Source: a virus (Duplodnaviria > Caudoviricetes). From it: a stretch of DNA of 27,868 nt. The notes under the pieces were generated by a model. It searched no databases, had not been told where the DNA came from, and worked only from the letters and a program-made list of their open reading frames with translations. Of the stretch, positions 7,624-16,358 are shown piece by piece. Position 1 is the stretch's first letter; each line of letters starts with the position of its first letter. The position numbers and the translations under genes are program-made. Where the stretch lies: positions 1-27,868 of IMG/VR virus record IMGVR_UViG_3300047282_000383, one strand, 5' to 3'.

Positions 7624-7855
7624 GGACGAATGTACGCGCAAGCGTCACGTCGTGAAAATCAAGATCTACCACACGGAGATGGTAGAGAAGGTAGTAGCTG
7701 TATCCGACGTTGAGTTGTCTGGTTCAGTCGATGCTATCTACAAGGAGTATTCCAAGCTTGACCCGATGGCGGGTCATTTCATTTGTACCCAGGCGTGTTG
7801 CGCCAAGTCGGTCGCAGCGACTGGTCTAGTTCCGGAGGAGATTGTAAATGTTTAA
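7598..7855 (+). CDS. Hypothetical protein
   Basis: GTG start with AAGGAG RBS; fills the operon gap. Confidence 0.6.
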   Translation: MSDLRIVPKDECTRKRHVVKIKIYHTEMVEKVVAVSDVELSGSVDAIYKEYSKLDPMAGHFICTQACCAKSVAATGLVPEEIVNV

Positions 7856-8282
7856 GAAGAGCAAGAAGCTTAAGACGGAATTCCCTAAGTACAGTGACCT
7901 GCGTGACGTCGTCACTCAGACAAGCTTGTCTGTTGACGTTGACACACTGAAGACTGTATTCAGGAATGCATTGCCTGAGATTGGACGCCAGCTCAGCAAG
8001 AACAATTACAACCACGCATCTCTGACCAAGGCGGCGGGGATTGCTGCGGCTGTAACTGAGAAACTCCAGGATGTAACTCCAATGTACACTGATCTGCGTA
8101 CATTCCTTGCGAAGGAACTCGGATTCGGTCAAGAGCAGTGGACGACCAATAGCGCATGCTACGGTCGCCTTGACCTGGAGGATCTGTTCGACAACAACAA
8201 CATTGATGTCGAACTTCACGTTGTTGTTACGCGCAAGCCTATCAGCAAGGAAGATGCTTACAAGAAGTACGGAGTGAAGTAA
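7848..8282 (+). CDS. Hypothetical protein
   Basis: RBS GGAGGAG; 144 aa. Confidence 0.75.
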   Translation: MFKKSKKLKTEFPKYSDLRDVVTQTSLSVDVDTLKTVFRNALPEIGRQLSKNNYNHASLTKAAGIAAAVTEKLQDVTPMYTDLRTFLAKELGFGQEQWTTNSACYGRLDLEDLFDNNNIDVELHVVVTRKPISKEDAYKKYGVK

Positions 8283-8927
8283 GTGCTGGCGGTTGATAAC
8301 CGCCTGCTCTTCCGTCGTCAACGACTTGCCACTGCTGCTGCTTATGTCGGGACATATAAGCAGGGCAGTGGCAGGTCCCTTCTGACCCGGTTCAGGCAGG
8401 CGCTTGACACGCACGGCATAGACAAGATCTTCGAGTACAGTAACTGGTACCTGAAGTTCCAAGGCAAGATCAACTTGATCGCCGACCAGTATGGATTGGA
8501 CTATGAGATTGCCTACGCAATGGTAGCTGCGCTCTCTCCGGGCCAGCCACCGCAAAGCAATCTCGATAGCCTGGTAAAAATACTGGATGGCATCGATAAG
8601 ATCCAAGCGTACCCGAATGCGGTTGATAAAGCCAAACGTATTCGTGACACCGGCGACACACTGATCCTCGGAAAGATGAAGACGCAAGACTTCTTCCGTG
8701 CGATTCGTGCTGGCGGTGAGTGCGGCAGCGCACCGATAGATCGTTGGGCTGCTCGTGAGTTCAAGCCCTGGGGGCAAAAGGTTGACGGCATGTGGCCTGA
8801 CGTTGACCTGTCACTAGGTCAGTACCGGGAAATGCAGGCCAAGTTCAAGCACGCATCGGAGACACTGGGTCTCTGGGATGCGGAGCTGCAAGCAATCCTG
8901 TGGGTAGACCGCAGGGGAAGGGAGTAA
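8283..8927 (+). CDS. Putative HhH-GPD/DNA-glycosylase-fold phage protein
   Basis: Pattern WY..AALSP..N..K..FF..PIDRW..Y..LQAILW; IDxW and QAxxW resemble the HhH-GPD catalytic Asp region and terminal helix. Confidence 0.55.
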   Translation: MLAVDNRLLFRRQRLATAAAYVGTYKQGSGRSLLTRFRQALDTHGIDKIFEYSNWYLKFQGKINLIADQYGLDYEIAYAMVAALSPGQPPQSNLDSLVKILDGIDKIQAYPNAVDKAKRIRDTGDTLILGKMKTQDFFRAIRAGGECGSAPIDRWAAREFKPWGQKVDGMWPDVDLSLGQYREMQAKFKHASETLGLWDAELQAILWVDRRGRE

Positions 8928-8928
8928 C

Positions 8929-9201
8929 ATGGCAAGCAAGAACACCGAGAACAAGGTGCGTTCGGTAGAGGTGCCGTACGCAATCTTCAAGCTCGGTGAC
9001 TGGGAGTGGCGTGTCCTGCGCCGCTACCAGTCACGTGAGAACGAGGCAATCAACAAGCACGCCGCTTGGTTCTGTGCAGTCCGGTCGCCTTATACGTTTG
9101 GAGAGTGGGAATATGGAGACACTTATATTAAGGACATTCCTGGTGCTGTTGCTGGGATGGATCTCAGCAGCCAGGTTGTCGGAGAGGGTGATGTACTATG
9201 A
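8929..9201 (+). CDS. Conserved-type phage hypothetical protein (PYA..WEWRVL..WFCAVRSP..GDTY)
   Basis: RBS GGGAG; aromatic-rich compact domain. Confidence 0.75.
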   Translation: MASKNTENKVRSVEVPYAIFKLGDWEWRVLRRYQSRENEAINKHAAWFCAVRSPYTFGEWEYGDTYIKDIPGAVAGMDLSSQVVGEGDVL

Positions 9202-9749
9202 GCAAGAGCGAGATTCAGAGGATCTACGACAATCTGGCAACGATCAGGTCTAATGCTAGCGAGGTGTCGTCAGAGGTCGAAGACCTGAACAATTCCTGGA
9301 ACGTTGATAACATCGTCTCTACGGTGAATGGCCTGGAGAATGAGATGTGGTCTGTCCTCGAAGAGCTGGAAAGCTTGAAGGATTCTATCGACGAGGATAC
9401 GATCGAGACACGCGAGCATCGTGAGTCTCATCAGTATCTTTCCATCGGGGTTCGTGAGACGCTCCGGCTGCTGGCAACAGCAGTCGAGCGAGTCACAACC
9501 CTGCTGGACGACAGTCTTGCCAAGTCTGACTTCCACTTTGAGAACACGTCTCATAAGGATGATGACACGAAGCGCAACTCTCTGTCTGATTTCAGGTGGC
9601 TTCTCATCGACTTCCTTGGCGGCAGCCAAGAGTCGTTCGAGAAGAACCTGCTCAACAAGAGGTTGGACTACACGTACCGTGAGCGTGAACAGAAGGAAGA
9701 TCCCGGTTCTATCCAGACTAGCAACGATTCGTTGCCTGTCATCGAGTAA
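9198..9749 (+). CDS. Hypothetical protein with acidic coiled-coil N-terminus
   Basis: ATGA overlap; heptad-like pattern; last gene before the terminator. Confidence 0.75.
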   Translation: MSKSEIQRIYDNLATIRSNASEVSSEVEDLNNSWNVDNIVSTVNGLENEMWSVLEELESLKDSIDEDTIETREHRESHQYLSIGVRETLRLLATAVERVTTLLDDSLAKSDFHFENTSHKDDDTKRNSLSDFRWLLIDFLGGSQESFEKNLLNKRLDYTYREREQKEDPGSIQTSNDSLPVIE

Positions 9750-9752
9750 CAG

Positions 9753-9791
9753 AATAGCCGATGAGTCAAGCGACTCATCGGCTATTTTTTT
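9753..9791 (+). terminator. Rho-independent terminator ending the plus-strand cassette
   Basis: AATAGCCGATGAGTC-AAGC-GACTCATCGGCTATT perfect 15-bp stem running into a 7-T tract, between convergent genes. Confidence 0.9.
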
Positions 9792-9847
9792 GCTGCTAGA
9801 CCCAGGCGTAGGGCGGGCGCGAGGGGGTCCCCAATTCGACGGGGGTC

Positions 9848-10234
9848 TTACCGACCTCCGTACGGATCGTAGTCAACGCTGACCCACGCAACTCCGCGAC
9901 TTAATCTATACCCCAGTGCTATGAATGCGGCGGGGGACAGGTCAATGTACTCCCCCTTCCGGCTGCACAGGCAGTCCCTAACCACAACCATCACGCACTT
10001 GCGTGAGCTGCAGACCCTAGCCGGATACGGCTTGGTGTGGTAGTTCCGGAAACCGGGGACTGCTGCGTACATGACCAGCTCGCCGCTCTTGTACGGGGTG
10101 CAGGTGTTGCGGTACCCCTGGTAGCAGTGCGTATGACTGCCACGTGACCCGTACCATGTGGCCTTCACCCTCTCGTGGTAGCCGGTGGGAGGAAACACCA
10201 GCATCACCACTGAGAGGGCGATGGCCGCAATCAA
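9848..10234 (-). CDS. RlpA-like double-psi beta-barrel protein (putative lytic transglycosylase/lysin) with hydrophobic N-terminus
   Basis: ATWYG..YAAV..VVVRDC..IDLSPAAF..LG..GV motifs; TTG start. Confidence 0.75.
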   Translation of the reverse strand: MIAAIALSVVMLVFPPTGYHERVKATWYGSRGSHTHCYQGYRNTCTPYKSGELVMYAAVPGFRNYHTKPYPARVCSSRKCVMVVVRDCLCSRKGEYIDLSPAAFIALGYRLSRGVAWVSVDYDPYGGR

Positions 10235-10473
10235 TTGGACCTCTCGTTCTTCTTGCGTTCAGTGGCCATCTTCTCGGCCATCTTGAACTCACTGGGGAAC
10301 TCGCGCCTGAGCATGCCCTTCAGTCCCTCCACGGCGCCCCTGCCGCCGTCCTTAACGCCACGGTCGTAGGCTTCCTGGATTGCCTCTTGTACCTTCTCGA
10401 TGGCGTGCTCGCACATGCCGTGATCGCAAGGGCAGTCGTACTCGATTGTGATCTTGCCGATGTCTAGTGCCAT
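10231..10473 (-). CDS. Hypothetical protein
   Basis: TAATG coupling to dnaB stop; CPCDHGMC motif. Confidence 0.65.
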   Translation of the reverse strand: MALDIGKITIEYDCPCDHGMCEHAIEKVQEAIQEAYDRGVKDGGRGAVEGLKGMLRREFPSEFKMAEKMATERKKNERSN

Positions 10474-11765
10474 TACATAGCCCCCTTAAATGTTGCGGTC
10501 GGCCGGTGGAACATTAGATCTGCCCTGCCGGTTGGACCATTGCGATGCTTGGCTACCTTGCAGTGGACTGTCTCCACCGCCAGGTCTAGCGACACATCGG
10601 TTGAACGCCACAGCATCAGGACCACGTCAGCATCCTGCTCGATGGCGCCGGAGTCACGCAAGTCGGAGAGCTTAGGCTCATTGTTCTCACGGTACTCCGA
10701 TGAACGACTCAGCTGCGAGAGGGCCACAACCGGAACGTCAAGTTCACGAGCCAGTGCCTTCAGGCCGCGGCTGATATCTGCCACATCATACACCCTGTTG
10801 CCATCCTTGGTCTGCTTGTCCGGTGCCATGAGTTGCAGGTAGTCAACGATGATCAGGTCAAGTCCATGCTCCGCCTTCAGCCGGCGGCACTTGGATCGCA
10901 TCTCTGACGGACTAGAGATGGACGAGTCCTCCACCCTTAGGCCGCTTTCCCGGATCGACTTCGCTACGTCTAGAACCTGTGTGAGTGCGCTCATGTCAAG
11001 CTGACCATGCCGGATGTCGTGAAGCGACACACCTGACAGCATGGAGATGAGTCGACTACCGATCTCCTCCCTGCTCATCTCCATTGAGAAGATGGCAACT
11101 GACTTCTTCTGGTGCAGTGCTGCGTCTGCGGCCATCGCCGTGGCCAGGGCTGTCTTGCCAACGCTGGGTCGGGCAGCAACGACAACCAAGTTGCCACGCT
11201 GCCAGCCACCAACGATGCTGTCGATAGCAGGGATGCCAGACGACACCCCATTTGCTCCACCAGCCTGCATGAACTGCAGGCGACTGAGTGTCTCGTCCAT
11301 GATCTGTTGCATATCAGCAAACCTGCCGGCTGTCCGGGACTTGCTGACGTTCATGATCAGGCGCTCGGCCTCAGCCAGTGACTCCTCTGGGGTCTTCGCA
11401 CCGGATGACAGCTCCGCCACTTTGGTAGCCACGTTACGCAGCGACCGGTACGTGGAGTTGCCGATGACGATTTCCATATACGACTCGTAGTTGAGGCTGT
11501 TCGGCGTGTCGGAAGACATTGCCGACACGTTCGCATAGCCGCCGGCGTCTTCTATGGTTCCGGCCGTGCTGAGTTTGTCCGTGATGGTGACGATGTCGAG
11601 GGCTGTCCCCTTCTTCACCAGCTCCTTGATAGCAGCGAATACCACCCGGCACTCCCTGTCATCGAAGTCATCCTCACGGACACGGTCAACTACGTTCTTC
11701 GCTGCGTCCCCGTCGATGATGCATGCGCCGATTAGCGCCCTCTCGCTTGCCTTCGTTGATTGCAT
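10473..11765 (-). CDS. dnaB: Replicative DNA helicase DnaB
   Basis: ARPSVGKT Walker A, FSMEM, IIVDYLQL, LSQLSR, DLRDSGAIEQDAD, KHRNGP; N-terminal domain present; ATG at 11765 with GGAGG RBS. Confidence 0.97.
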   Translation of the reverse strand: MQSTKASERALIGACIIDGDAAKNVVDRVREDDFDDRECRVVFAAIKELVKKGTALDIVTITDKLSTAGTIEDAGGYANVSAMSSDTPNSLNYESYMEIVIGNSTYRSLRNVATKVAELSSGAKTPEESLAEAERLIMNVSKSRTAGRFADMQQIMDETLSRLQFMQAGGANGVSSGIPAIDSIVGGWQRGNLVVVAARPSVGKTALATAMAADAALHQKKSVAIFSMEMSREEIGSRLISMLSGVSLHDIRHGQLDMSALTQVLDVAKSIRESGLRVEDSSISSPSEMRSKCRRLKAEHGLDLIIVDYLQLMAPDKQTKDGNRVYDVADISRGLKALARELDVPVVALSQLSRSSEYRENNEPKLSDLRDSGAIEQDADVVLMLWRSTDVSLDLAVETVHCKVAKHRNGPTGRADLMFHRPTATFKGAM

Positions 11766-11976
11766 ACGCCTCCTCCTTCGTGAATGACCACTTGCCACCA
11801 GGCACATAGTGTGTCTGGTGCAAGCATATCATCTTGCCGCTTTGCGTGTCAAGCAGTCCGCCATGATCCGGATCAGTAGGGCATGGGACGCCGCTGTACG
11901 ACGACCGTGTACCACTCCGAGTTGCCTTGCTCCCAAGTCGACTCAGGATCTGGCTGAATGATTGTTTGTTCGCCAC
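11686..11976 (-). CDS. Hypothetical protein, possible Zn finger (CPTDPDH..CLHQTH)
   Basis: GTG at 11976 with GGAGG RBS; overlaps both neighbours. Confidence 0.5.
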   Translation of the reverse strand: MANKQSFSQILSRLGSKATRSGTRSSYSGVPCPTDPDHGGLLDTQSGKMICLHQTHYVPGGKWSFTKEEAYAINEGKREGANRRMHHRRGRSEERS

Positions 11977-12241
11977 AGGGTACCTCCACAATAGGGCCAT
12001 GAACTCCTTCGTCCCGGCTGATGCTGCAGAATGCGAAGCAACGGAACGTCTCGCAGAACAGGAAGCTCTCGTACTTTCCGTCTAGTCCGATGCCAGGCAC
12101 ATGCCCAAGGGCCAGCGCCCTCTCCATAGCGCGCAGTTCCATCTGCCCCATGGCGCTTTGCCGGCGCATCTGGCCGCGCTTCTTACCGAGGTACTGATTG
12201 TAGCTATCGATTATCCTCGGATCGTACGCTATCTTGGTCAT
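11873..12241 (-). CDS. Hypothetical protein (Cys/His-containing)
   Basis: ATG at 12241 with AGGAGG RBS. Confidence 0.6.
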   Translation of the reverse strand: MTKIAYDPRIIDSYNQYLGKKRGQMRRQSAMGQMELRAMERALALGHVPGIGLDGKYESFLFCETFRCFAFCSISRDEGVHGPIVEVPCGEQTIIQPDPESTWEQGNSEWYTVVVQRRPMPY

Positions 12242-12413
12242 CGTCTCCTCCTTTCGTCTCATCGAAACTCACTTCGTTTACCGGAGATGGAAACCCAGTC
12301 AGATGGTAGTAGTCTATCCCGATCTCCTTGCAGTACTTGCGAAGAGACATACCCTTGGCTGCAGCATCGTCCATGAACAACTTCAGCAGCGGGTCAGGCT
12401 TCTTCTTTGTCAT
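12204..12413 (-). CDS. Small protein with HTH-like segment
   Basis: KGMSLRKYCKEIGIDYYHL resembles a helix-turn-helix. Confidence 0.5.
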   Translation of the reverse strand: MTKKKPDPLLKLFMDDAAAKGMSLRKYCKEIGIDYYHLTGFPSPVNEVSFDETKGGDDDQDSVRSEDNR

Positions 12414-12822
12414 CGAAACTCACCAACTTCCTGACTGATGGGTAGTTCTTCATGGCCTCAGCCACTGCGCATACAACCCTACCATCAGACATAAACTCCC
12501 TTAGCAGCCGGTAGTAGCACTCAGCCCACTGCGGGCCATGCTGCCCCGGCGTGGCCACGTGAGCCACCTCGTGGATGAACGTGTCTTCGTCTGCCGGATG
12601 TGTGCAGAACGTCAGGATATCCTTGTCTGCCTCGCCCAGCGCGCAAGCCCGGCCCTTTGCCGGATCGTCGTGCCAGTGAACCACAACCTTCGACACCTTG
12701 GTCCCGGCTCGCTTGGCGATGCGGTCGATGTGGCCAGCCGAGCTGGACCACATCTTCCGGTACCAAGCCGGAGCGTCGCCGATGAACACGAGCCTATCCC
12801 TTTTGCTTCTTGCGCCACTCAT
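12394..12822 (-). CDS. Zincin/SprT-like metallopeptidase
   Basis: TFIHEVAH..HGPQW motif; ATG at 12822 with AGGAG RBS. Confidence 0.75.
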   Translation of the reverse strand: MSGARSKRDRLVFIGDAPAWYRKMWSSSAGHIDRIAKRAGTKVSKVVVHWHDDPAKGRACALGEADKDILTFCTHPADEDTFIHEVAHVATPGQHGPQWAECYYRLLREFMSDGRVVCAVAEAMKNYPSVRKLVSFDDKEEA

Positions 12823-13015
12823 CGGCAAGCTCCTTTATTTTCTTTTCTGCCTCTTCGGGAGTCAGGTTCTCCTGACCTCGACCCAACTGGTATACATCCG
12901 GCTCCTTCTTGAAGAAGGCAGTGGCACGCCAGCCGTTCGGACCATAGATCAGAACGGCCTCGGCGTATCCACGCTTGGCGAAGTATACCTTGATGGATGC
13001 GAAGTTAGGAATCAA
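12794..13015 (-). CDS. Hypothetical protein
   Basis: TTG start with GGAGGAG RBS; coupled to upstream stop. Confidence 0.6.
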   Translation of the reverse strand: MIPNFASIKVYFAKRGYAEAVLIYGPNGWRATAFFKKEPDVYQLGRGQENLTPEEAEKKIKELADEWRKKQKG

Positions 13016-13443
13016 CGCGACTCCTCCACATGGTACTGAAGCCCATCCTCACGCTCGTCGTCTTCGTACTCGGCGTGATCGTAGGCATCATTCCAAAGTT
13101 CCGAGTCGTCGCCCCTTGCAACCTTGCTCCACTGCCCCTGCCCGAGCGAGACAAGGATCATCGCATAGTTAGCGATATCCATAAGCGCATCGTGCACGCC
13201 AGCCGTGTACCACTCGTCGGTGACGATGGCCTCGCCGTTGTCGATGACGCCGTTCAGCTCGTTAGCAATCCGGCTAACCTTGTCCGAAGCAAGACGGGAG
13301 AACACCCCGTAAGGCCCAAGGGCCTCGATGTTCGATGGGCCGTAGCCCTCCTGTCGCTCGACAAGAATGTCAAGTGCGTCTTTGTACAGGCTTTCGAAAT
13401 ACTTCACGAACTCCTGCGGAACCACGCTATTCCCCTGGTCCAT
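13012..13443 (-). CDS. Nucleotide modification associated domain 1 (Nmad1/DUF1599, MazG-like fold) protein
   Basis: RQEGYG..SRLASDKVSRIAN..DALMDIANYAMI motifs. Confidence 0.8.
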   Translation of the reverse strand: MDQGNSVVPQEFVKYFESLYKDALDILVERQEGYGPSNIEALGPYGVFSRLASDKVSRIANELNGVIDNGEAIVTDEWYTAGVHDALMDIANYAMILVSLGQGQWSKVARGDDSELWNDAYDHAEYEDDEREDGLQYHVEESR

Positions 13444-13630
13444 AAAACAATTCCTCCAACTCTAGAGCCACATCTTCGGTGACTACTTGATACCTTACCA
13501 TGAATATCCGCCTACAGTCCTGGCAGATGAACAGCCGGACCGCCATGTCCGGGCTAAAGCGATACTCCGGTACACGGCTAGGCCGCACGTTGTACTGGTC
13601 GCAGCCCGGACATGCCAGCCCGATCTTCAT
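13427..13630 (-). CDS. Zn-ribbon protein (Ogr/NrdR-like CxxC..CxxC)
   Basis: CPGC..RLFICQDCRRIF. Confidence 0.65.
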   Translation of the reverse strand: MKIGLACPGCDQYNVRPSRVPEYRFSPDMAVRLFICQDCRRIFMVRYQVVTEDVALELEELFYGPGE

Positions 13631-13842
13631 CGGCGCTTATCCAGTAGGGCGAACGTTAGCAGAGCTGCGCCTATCGCCAAGGCCACATTGGCCGAAACGC
13701 CAGCCACGACTCCGAGAACTCCAGCAGCGGGAACAGCCGTGTCTCGAGTGCGCGGGTGCTGCGATACCGTACGGACCGCAGACACGACACGCGACCGAAA
13801 ACCGTCGTCTTCCTGCTGCACTTCATTAGGCGTCGTCGCCAT
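13627..13842 (-). CDS. Small membrane protein (holin candidate)
   Basis: Long hydrophobic C-terminal half ending in KRR; ATG at 13842 with GGAG RBS. Confidence 0.55.
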   Translation of the reverse strand: MATTPNEVQQEDDGFRSRVVSAVRTVSQHPRTRDTAVPAAGVLGVVAGVSANVALAIGAALLTFALLDKRR

Positions 13843-14050
13843 CGGAAATCTCCACAATCTTCAACGCAACGCCGGCCGCAAGGGCAACGACGTTATCAAT
13901 GGGAACGTTCACCGGCTTCTCGTCGCCCTCAGGCTTGAGGTTCGAGTACTCAACCAAGAACGTTGCGAGAACCACGCCAAAGGCCTGGCTCCACTGGGCC
14001 GTGGACAGCGCCACGCTACGCCCCTTCTTTGTCGGCTTCGGTACTGCCAT
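13826..14050 (-). CDS. Hypothetical protein with two hydrophobic helices
   Basis: AGGAG RBS; operon continuity. Confidence 0.6.
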   Translation of the reverse strand: MAVPKPTKKGRSVALSTAQWSQAFGVVLATFLVEYSNLKPEGDEKPVNVPIDNVVALAAGVALKIVEISDGDDA

Positions 14051-14414
14051 GTAGCTTCTCCTTCACTGTGAGCCAATCTCGCTCATCCATAATCACCACA
14101 GTACGGCGTGGTGTTCCCGGGCCGGGAGCGTCCCCGATCACAAGGTAGGCAATCTGATCAGCGTTTACCTTGATGGCCTTGAGCCACCTCCAATACTTCT
14201 CGCTGAACATCTGACCAACCTTTGTCTGGATCTTATAGATGTCGTCAACCGCAACGTCGTCCGGTCCACCGTACATACCGGTGCGCCGGCCGCCATGCTT
14301 CTTGGCGACCTCCCGCTCGAAGGCGTTACCCCTCTGCCTGTTCCGTTTCCCCTGGATCGCCAGGTCCTTCATCACTCCCATCAGTTTCTGATCCATCCTC
14401 TCGTCCAGATTCAT
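14016..14414 (-). CDS. Hjc-like PD-(D/E)XK Holliday junction resolvase
   Basis: GKRNRQRGNAFEREVAK..GPDD..IQTK motifs. Confidence 0.75.
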   Translation of the reverse strand: MNLDERMDQKLMGVMKDLAIQGKRNRQRGNAFEREVAKKHGGRRTGMYGGPDDVAVDDIYKIQTKVGQMFSEKYWRWLKAIKVNADQIAYLVIGDAPGPGTPRRTVVIMDERDWLTVKEKLHGSTEADKEGA

Positions 14415-14733
14415 TTACCAAATCCTCCCAGTCGAGCCTGAACACTGGCATCCCAGGTCCGACAAACTCGTGAGTCAGCTTGTCGAAGACCTCCTCAGCC
14501 GCAGTAAATGCGGCCGGGAGATCTTCCGGCTTGGCTCCGCCATTGTGGCCCTGGATGAAGTCCAGAGCCTTGCTCACCTCTGCCTGAAGGATGATCGACT
14601 GACTGTAGATAGCCACTACTCGCAGCTCGCCAGAGTCGCTGATCTGCTCGCCCCAACCGATGACTGCGTAATCGTAGCCATCGATCAGGACTGGCATCTC
14701 GTCCCTGAGGTCGGAGATATCAGGACTTGCCAC
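14326..14733 (-). CDS. Conserved-type phage hypothetical protein (DGYDYAVIG..AIYS..GPGMPVF)
   Basis: The DGxDxAxxG pattern recalls environmental phage proteins; GTG start. Confidence 0.65.
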   Translation of the reverse strand: MASPDISDLRDEMPVLIDGYDYAVIGWGEQISDSGELRVVAIYSQSIILQAEVSKALDFIQGHNGGAKPEDLPAAFTAAEEVFDKLTHEFVGPGMPVFRLDWEDLVNESGREDGSETDGSDEGPGDPGETEQAEG

Positions 14734-15115
14734 GGAGCGGACCCCAGATCAGAGGGCTTGCCTCGTTAACCAACAGGATGTAGCCCTTCTTGTTGCCATC
14801 CTTGCTGGTCTGCTCAGACAGAGCGCCGATGATGTGGATGTGCTGTCGCGGGTCGTTGCCGTCCGCGTTCACAACCTTGTCATAGATCTTCTGCACATGA
14901 GCGGCAGTGTTCTCGTCCATCACGTACAGGGTCACGCGCTCGTATCGCTCGGGCGCTGCACCGGTACGCGACTCCTTAGGAGCGCCTGCCCAGTAGTCAT
15001 AGGCGAATGACTGCATGCTGCCGAAGAACTTCCAAACGTCCTTGCCAGCCTTGGTCTTCTCCTTCACAGGGCTGACCTTGTCGGTCAGCCAAAGATCAAC
15101 TCGGTCGAATGCCAT
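14720..15115 (-). CDS. Putative OB-fold/SSB-like protein
   Basis: TAATG coupled to the ERF gene; strand pattern ERVTLYVM..HIHIIGAL..ILLVNE; typical SSB position next to an annealase. Confidence 0.55.
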   Translation of the reverse strand: MAFDRVDLWLTDKVSPVKEKTKAGKDVWKFFGSMQSFAYDYWAGAPKESRTGAAPERYERVTLYVMDENTAAHVQKIYDKVVNADGNDPRQHIHIIGALSEQTSKDGNKKGYILLVNEASPLIWGPLRGKS

Positions 15116-15630
15116 TAGAACTGAACTCCTTCCCAATCACCGGTAGCCTTCTTGGCTGCCTTCTTCTCAACCGGCTTGACGGTGTCGCCAAAGATTTCCT
15201 TGGCGGCGCTGGCGACAATGGCGTCGTTCTCAGGATCGTCACCCGTCGGGATGAGGAACGCTGTGAGCAGCGCGTACTTGATCGCCCCAGTGGTTGCCTT
15301 GTACGGCGCCTTATCGCCGGAGTCAGCACCGGTACCGATGGACTGGAAGTCCAGCGTCTCGCCGCTGTCGCCGTCAATGAATCGCCACGTGAAGCGGATG
15401 GTGAGCAGCGCCTGCTTCTCGCTCGGAGTCCGGCCGCTCTCAACGACGTCGGCTCCAACCGGAAGCATGACGATGTTCTTCGCCGCCAGCTTCTCGCGCA
15501 CGGCATCCGCAACCTGCGATGCCATCACGTACTTATACCCCTGGGCTGAATTGGTACCGCCCTTGGCGATGTAGCCGATCTCGCCCATGATCTCGGCTAG
15601 CTTAGATGCGAGCTTCTTATCGCTCATCAT
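15115..15630 (-). CDS. ERF-family single-strand annealing protein
   Basis: IAKGGTN..GYKY..GADSGDKAPYKATTGAIKYAL..IPTGDDPE. Confidence 0.9.
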   Translation of the reverse strand: MMSDKKLASKLAEIMGEIGYIAKGGTNSAQGYKYVMASQVADAVREKLAAKNIVMLPVGADVVESGRTPSEKQALLTIRFTWRFIDGDSGETLDFQSIGTGADSGDKAPYKATTGAIKYALLTAFLIPTGDDPENDAIVASAAKEIFGDTVKPVEKKAAKKATGDWEGVQF

Positions 15631-16304
15631 TCACCCCTGCACTTTGTGAGGTACTCACAGTGACCACACGGAAACTTCCACTCCCCGGTCTTGGCGGACC
15701 TAACCTCCTCCTCGGGCAGCGCAGGAGGGATAGTATCACGGTACTCGCCATTTAGCAAGGCCAAAATGGAAAGCGCCTTTTCCCGCCACTCATCCTCGAC
15801 GATGAACTCCTCCGTCGCAAGGTCATCGGCGCGAACGTAAATAAGCCTGGCACCGTGCCGGACACCACGCATTCGGTCGATAGCCTCTGCGTAGATGGCC
15901 GCCTGCACTTGATGCTCAGGCTTCGGGATGTACTTCCAGGCATACGCCTTGACGGACTTGTACTCCCAGACTTCCTTTGTGTCGTCGACCCATGTCACGA
16001 CAGCGTCCGCGTTCCCGGCGAAGTCAAGCTCCGGGATCTCGACGGGCACCTCCTCCTCGAAGGACTTCAAGAACTCCGAGTTCCTGAGCCTGGCGTTGAG
16101 AGATGCCGCGATAATATGACCGCGCTCGAATGTGCGAAGCACATCCTCCGGTCGCTCGTTAGTGGTCGGCTCACCATGAGCGTAGTACCACTGTTGGCGC
16201 AAGCATCCACCCAGCAGCGAACCACGCCACTTGGCCTTGCCTGGCCGGTCTTCTCGTGCCTTGACCAGCTCATGCTGATACAAGTCCCCTACGAGTTTCT
16301 TCAT
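15627..16304 (-). CDS. Cas4-like/PD-(D/E)XK exonuclease with 4-Cys Fe-S motif
   Basis: GGCLRQ..GNAD..EYKS..QAAIY..CGHCEYLTKC. Confidence 0.85.
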   Translation of the reverse strand: MKKLVGDLYQHELVKAREDRPGKAKWRGSLLGGCLRQQWYYAHGEPTTNERPEDVLRTFERGHIIAASLNARLRNSEFLKSFEEEVPVEIPELDFAGNADAVVTWVDDTKEVWEYKSVKAYAWKYIPKPEHQVQAAIYAEAIDRMRGVRHGARLIYVRADDLATEEFIVEDEWREKALSILALLNGEYRDTIPPALPEEEVRSAKTGEWKFPCGHCEYLTKCRGE

Positions 16305-16328
16305 AGCCCCTCCTGCCCCTAGTTGTAG

Positions 16329-16358
16329 TCCCCGGCGGGAGGGGCGCCCCGCCGGGGA
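16329..16358. other. Intergenic GC-rich hairpin (11-bp stem)
   Basis: TCCCCGGCGGG/CCCGCCGGGGA; no U-tract. Confidence 0.45.

Noticed and set aside
9797-9848. tRNA-like element (TTCGA within GC-rich stems)
   Set aside because: Too short; no cloverleaf, D-arm or acceptor stem can be built.
15627-16304. Cas4 as evidence of a CRISPR-Cas system
   Set aside because: Solo Cas4-like nucleases beside ERF are ordinary phage recombination exonucleases; no cas1/cas2 or array.
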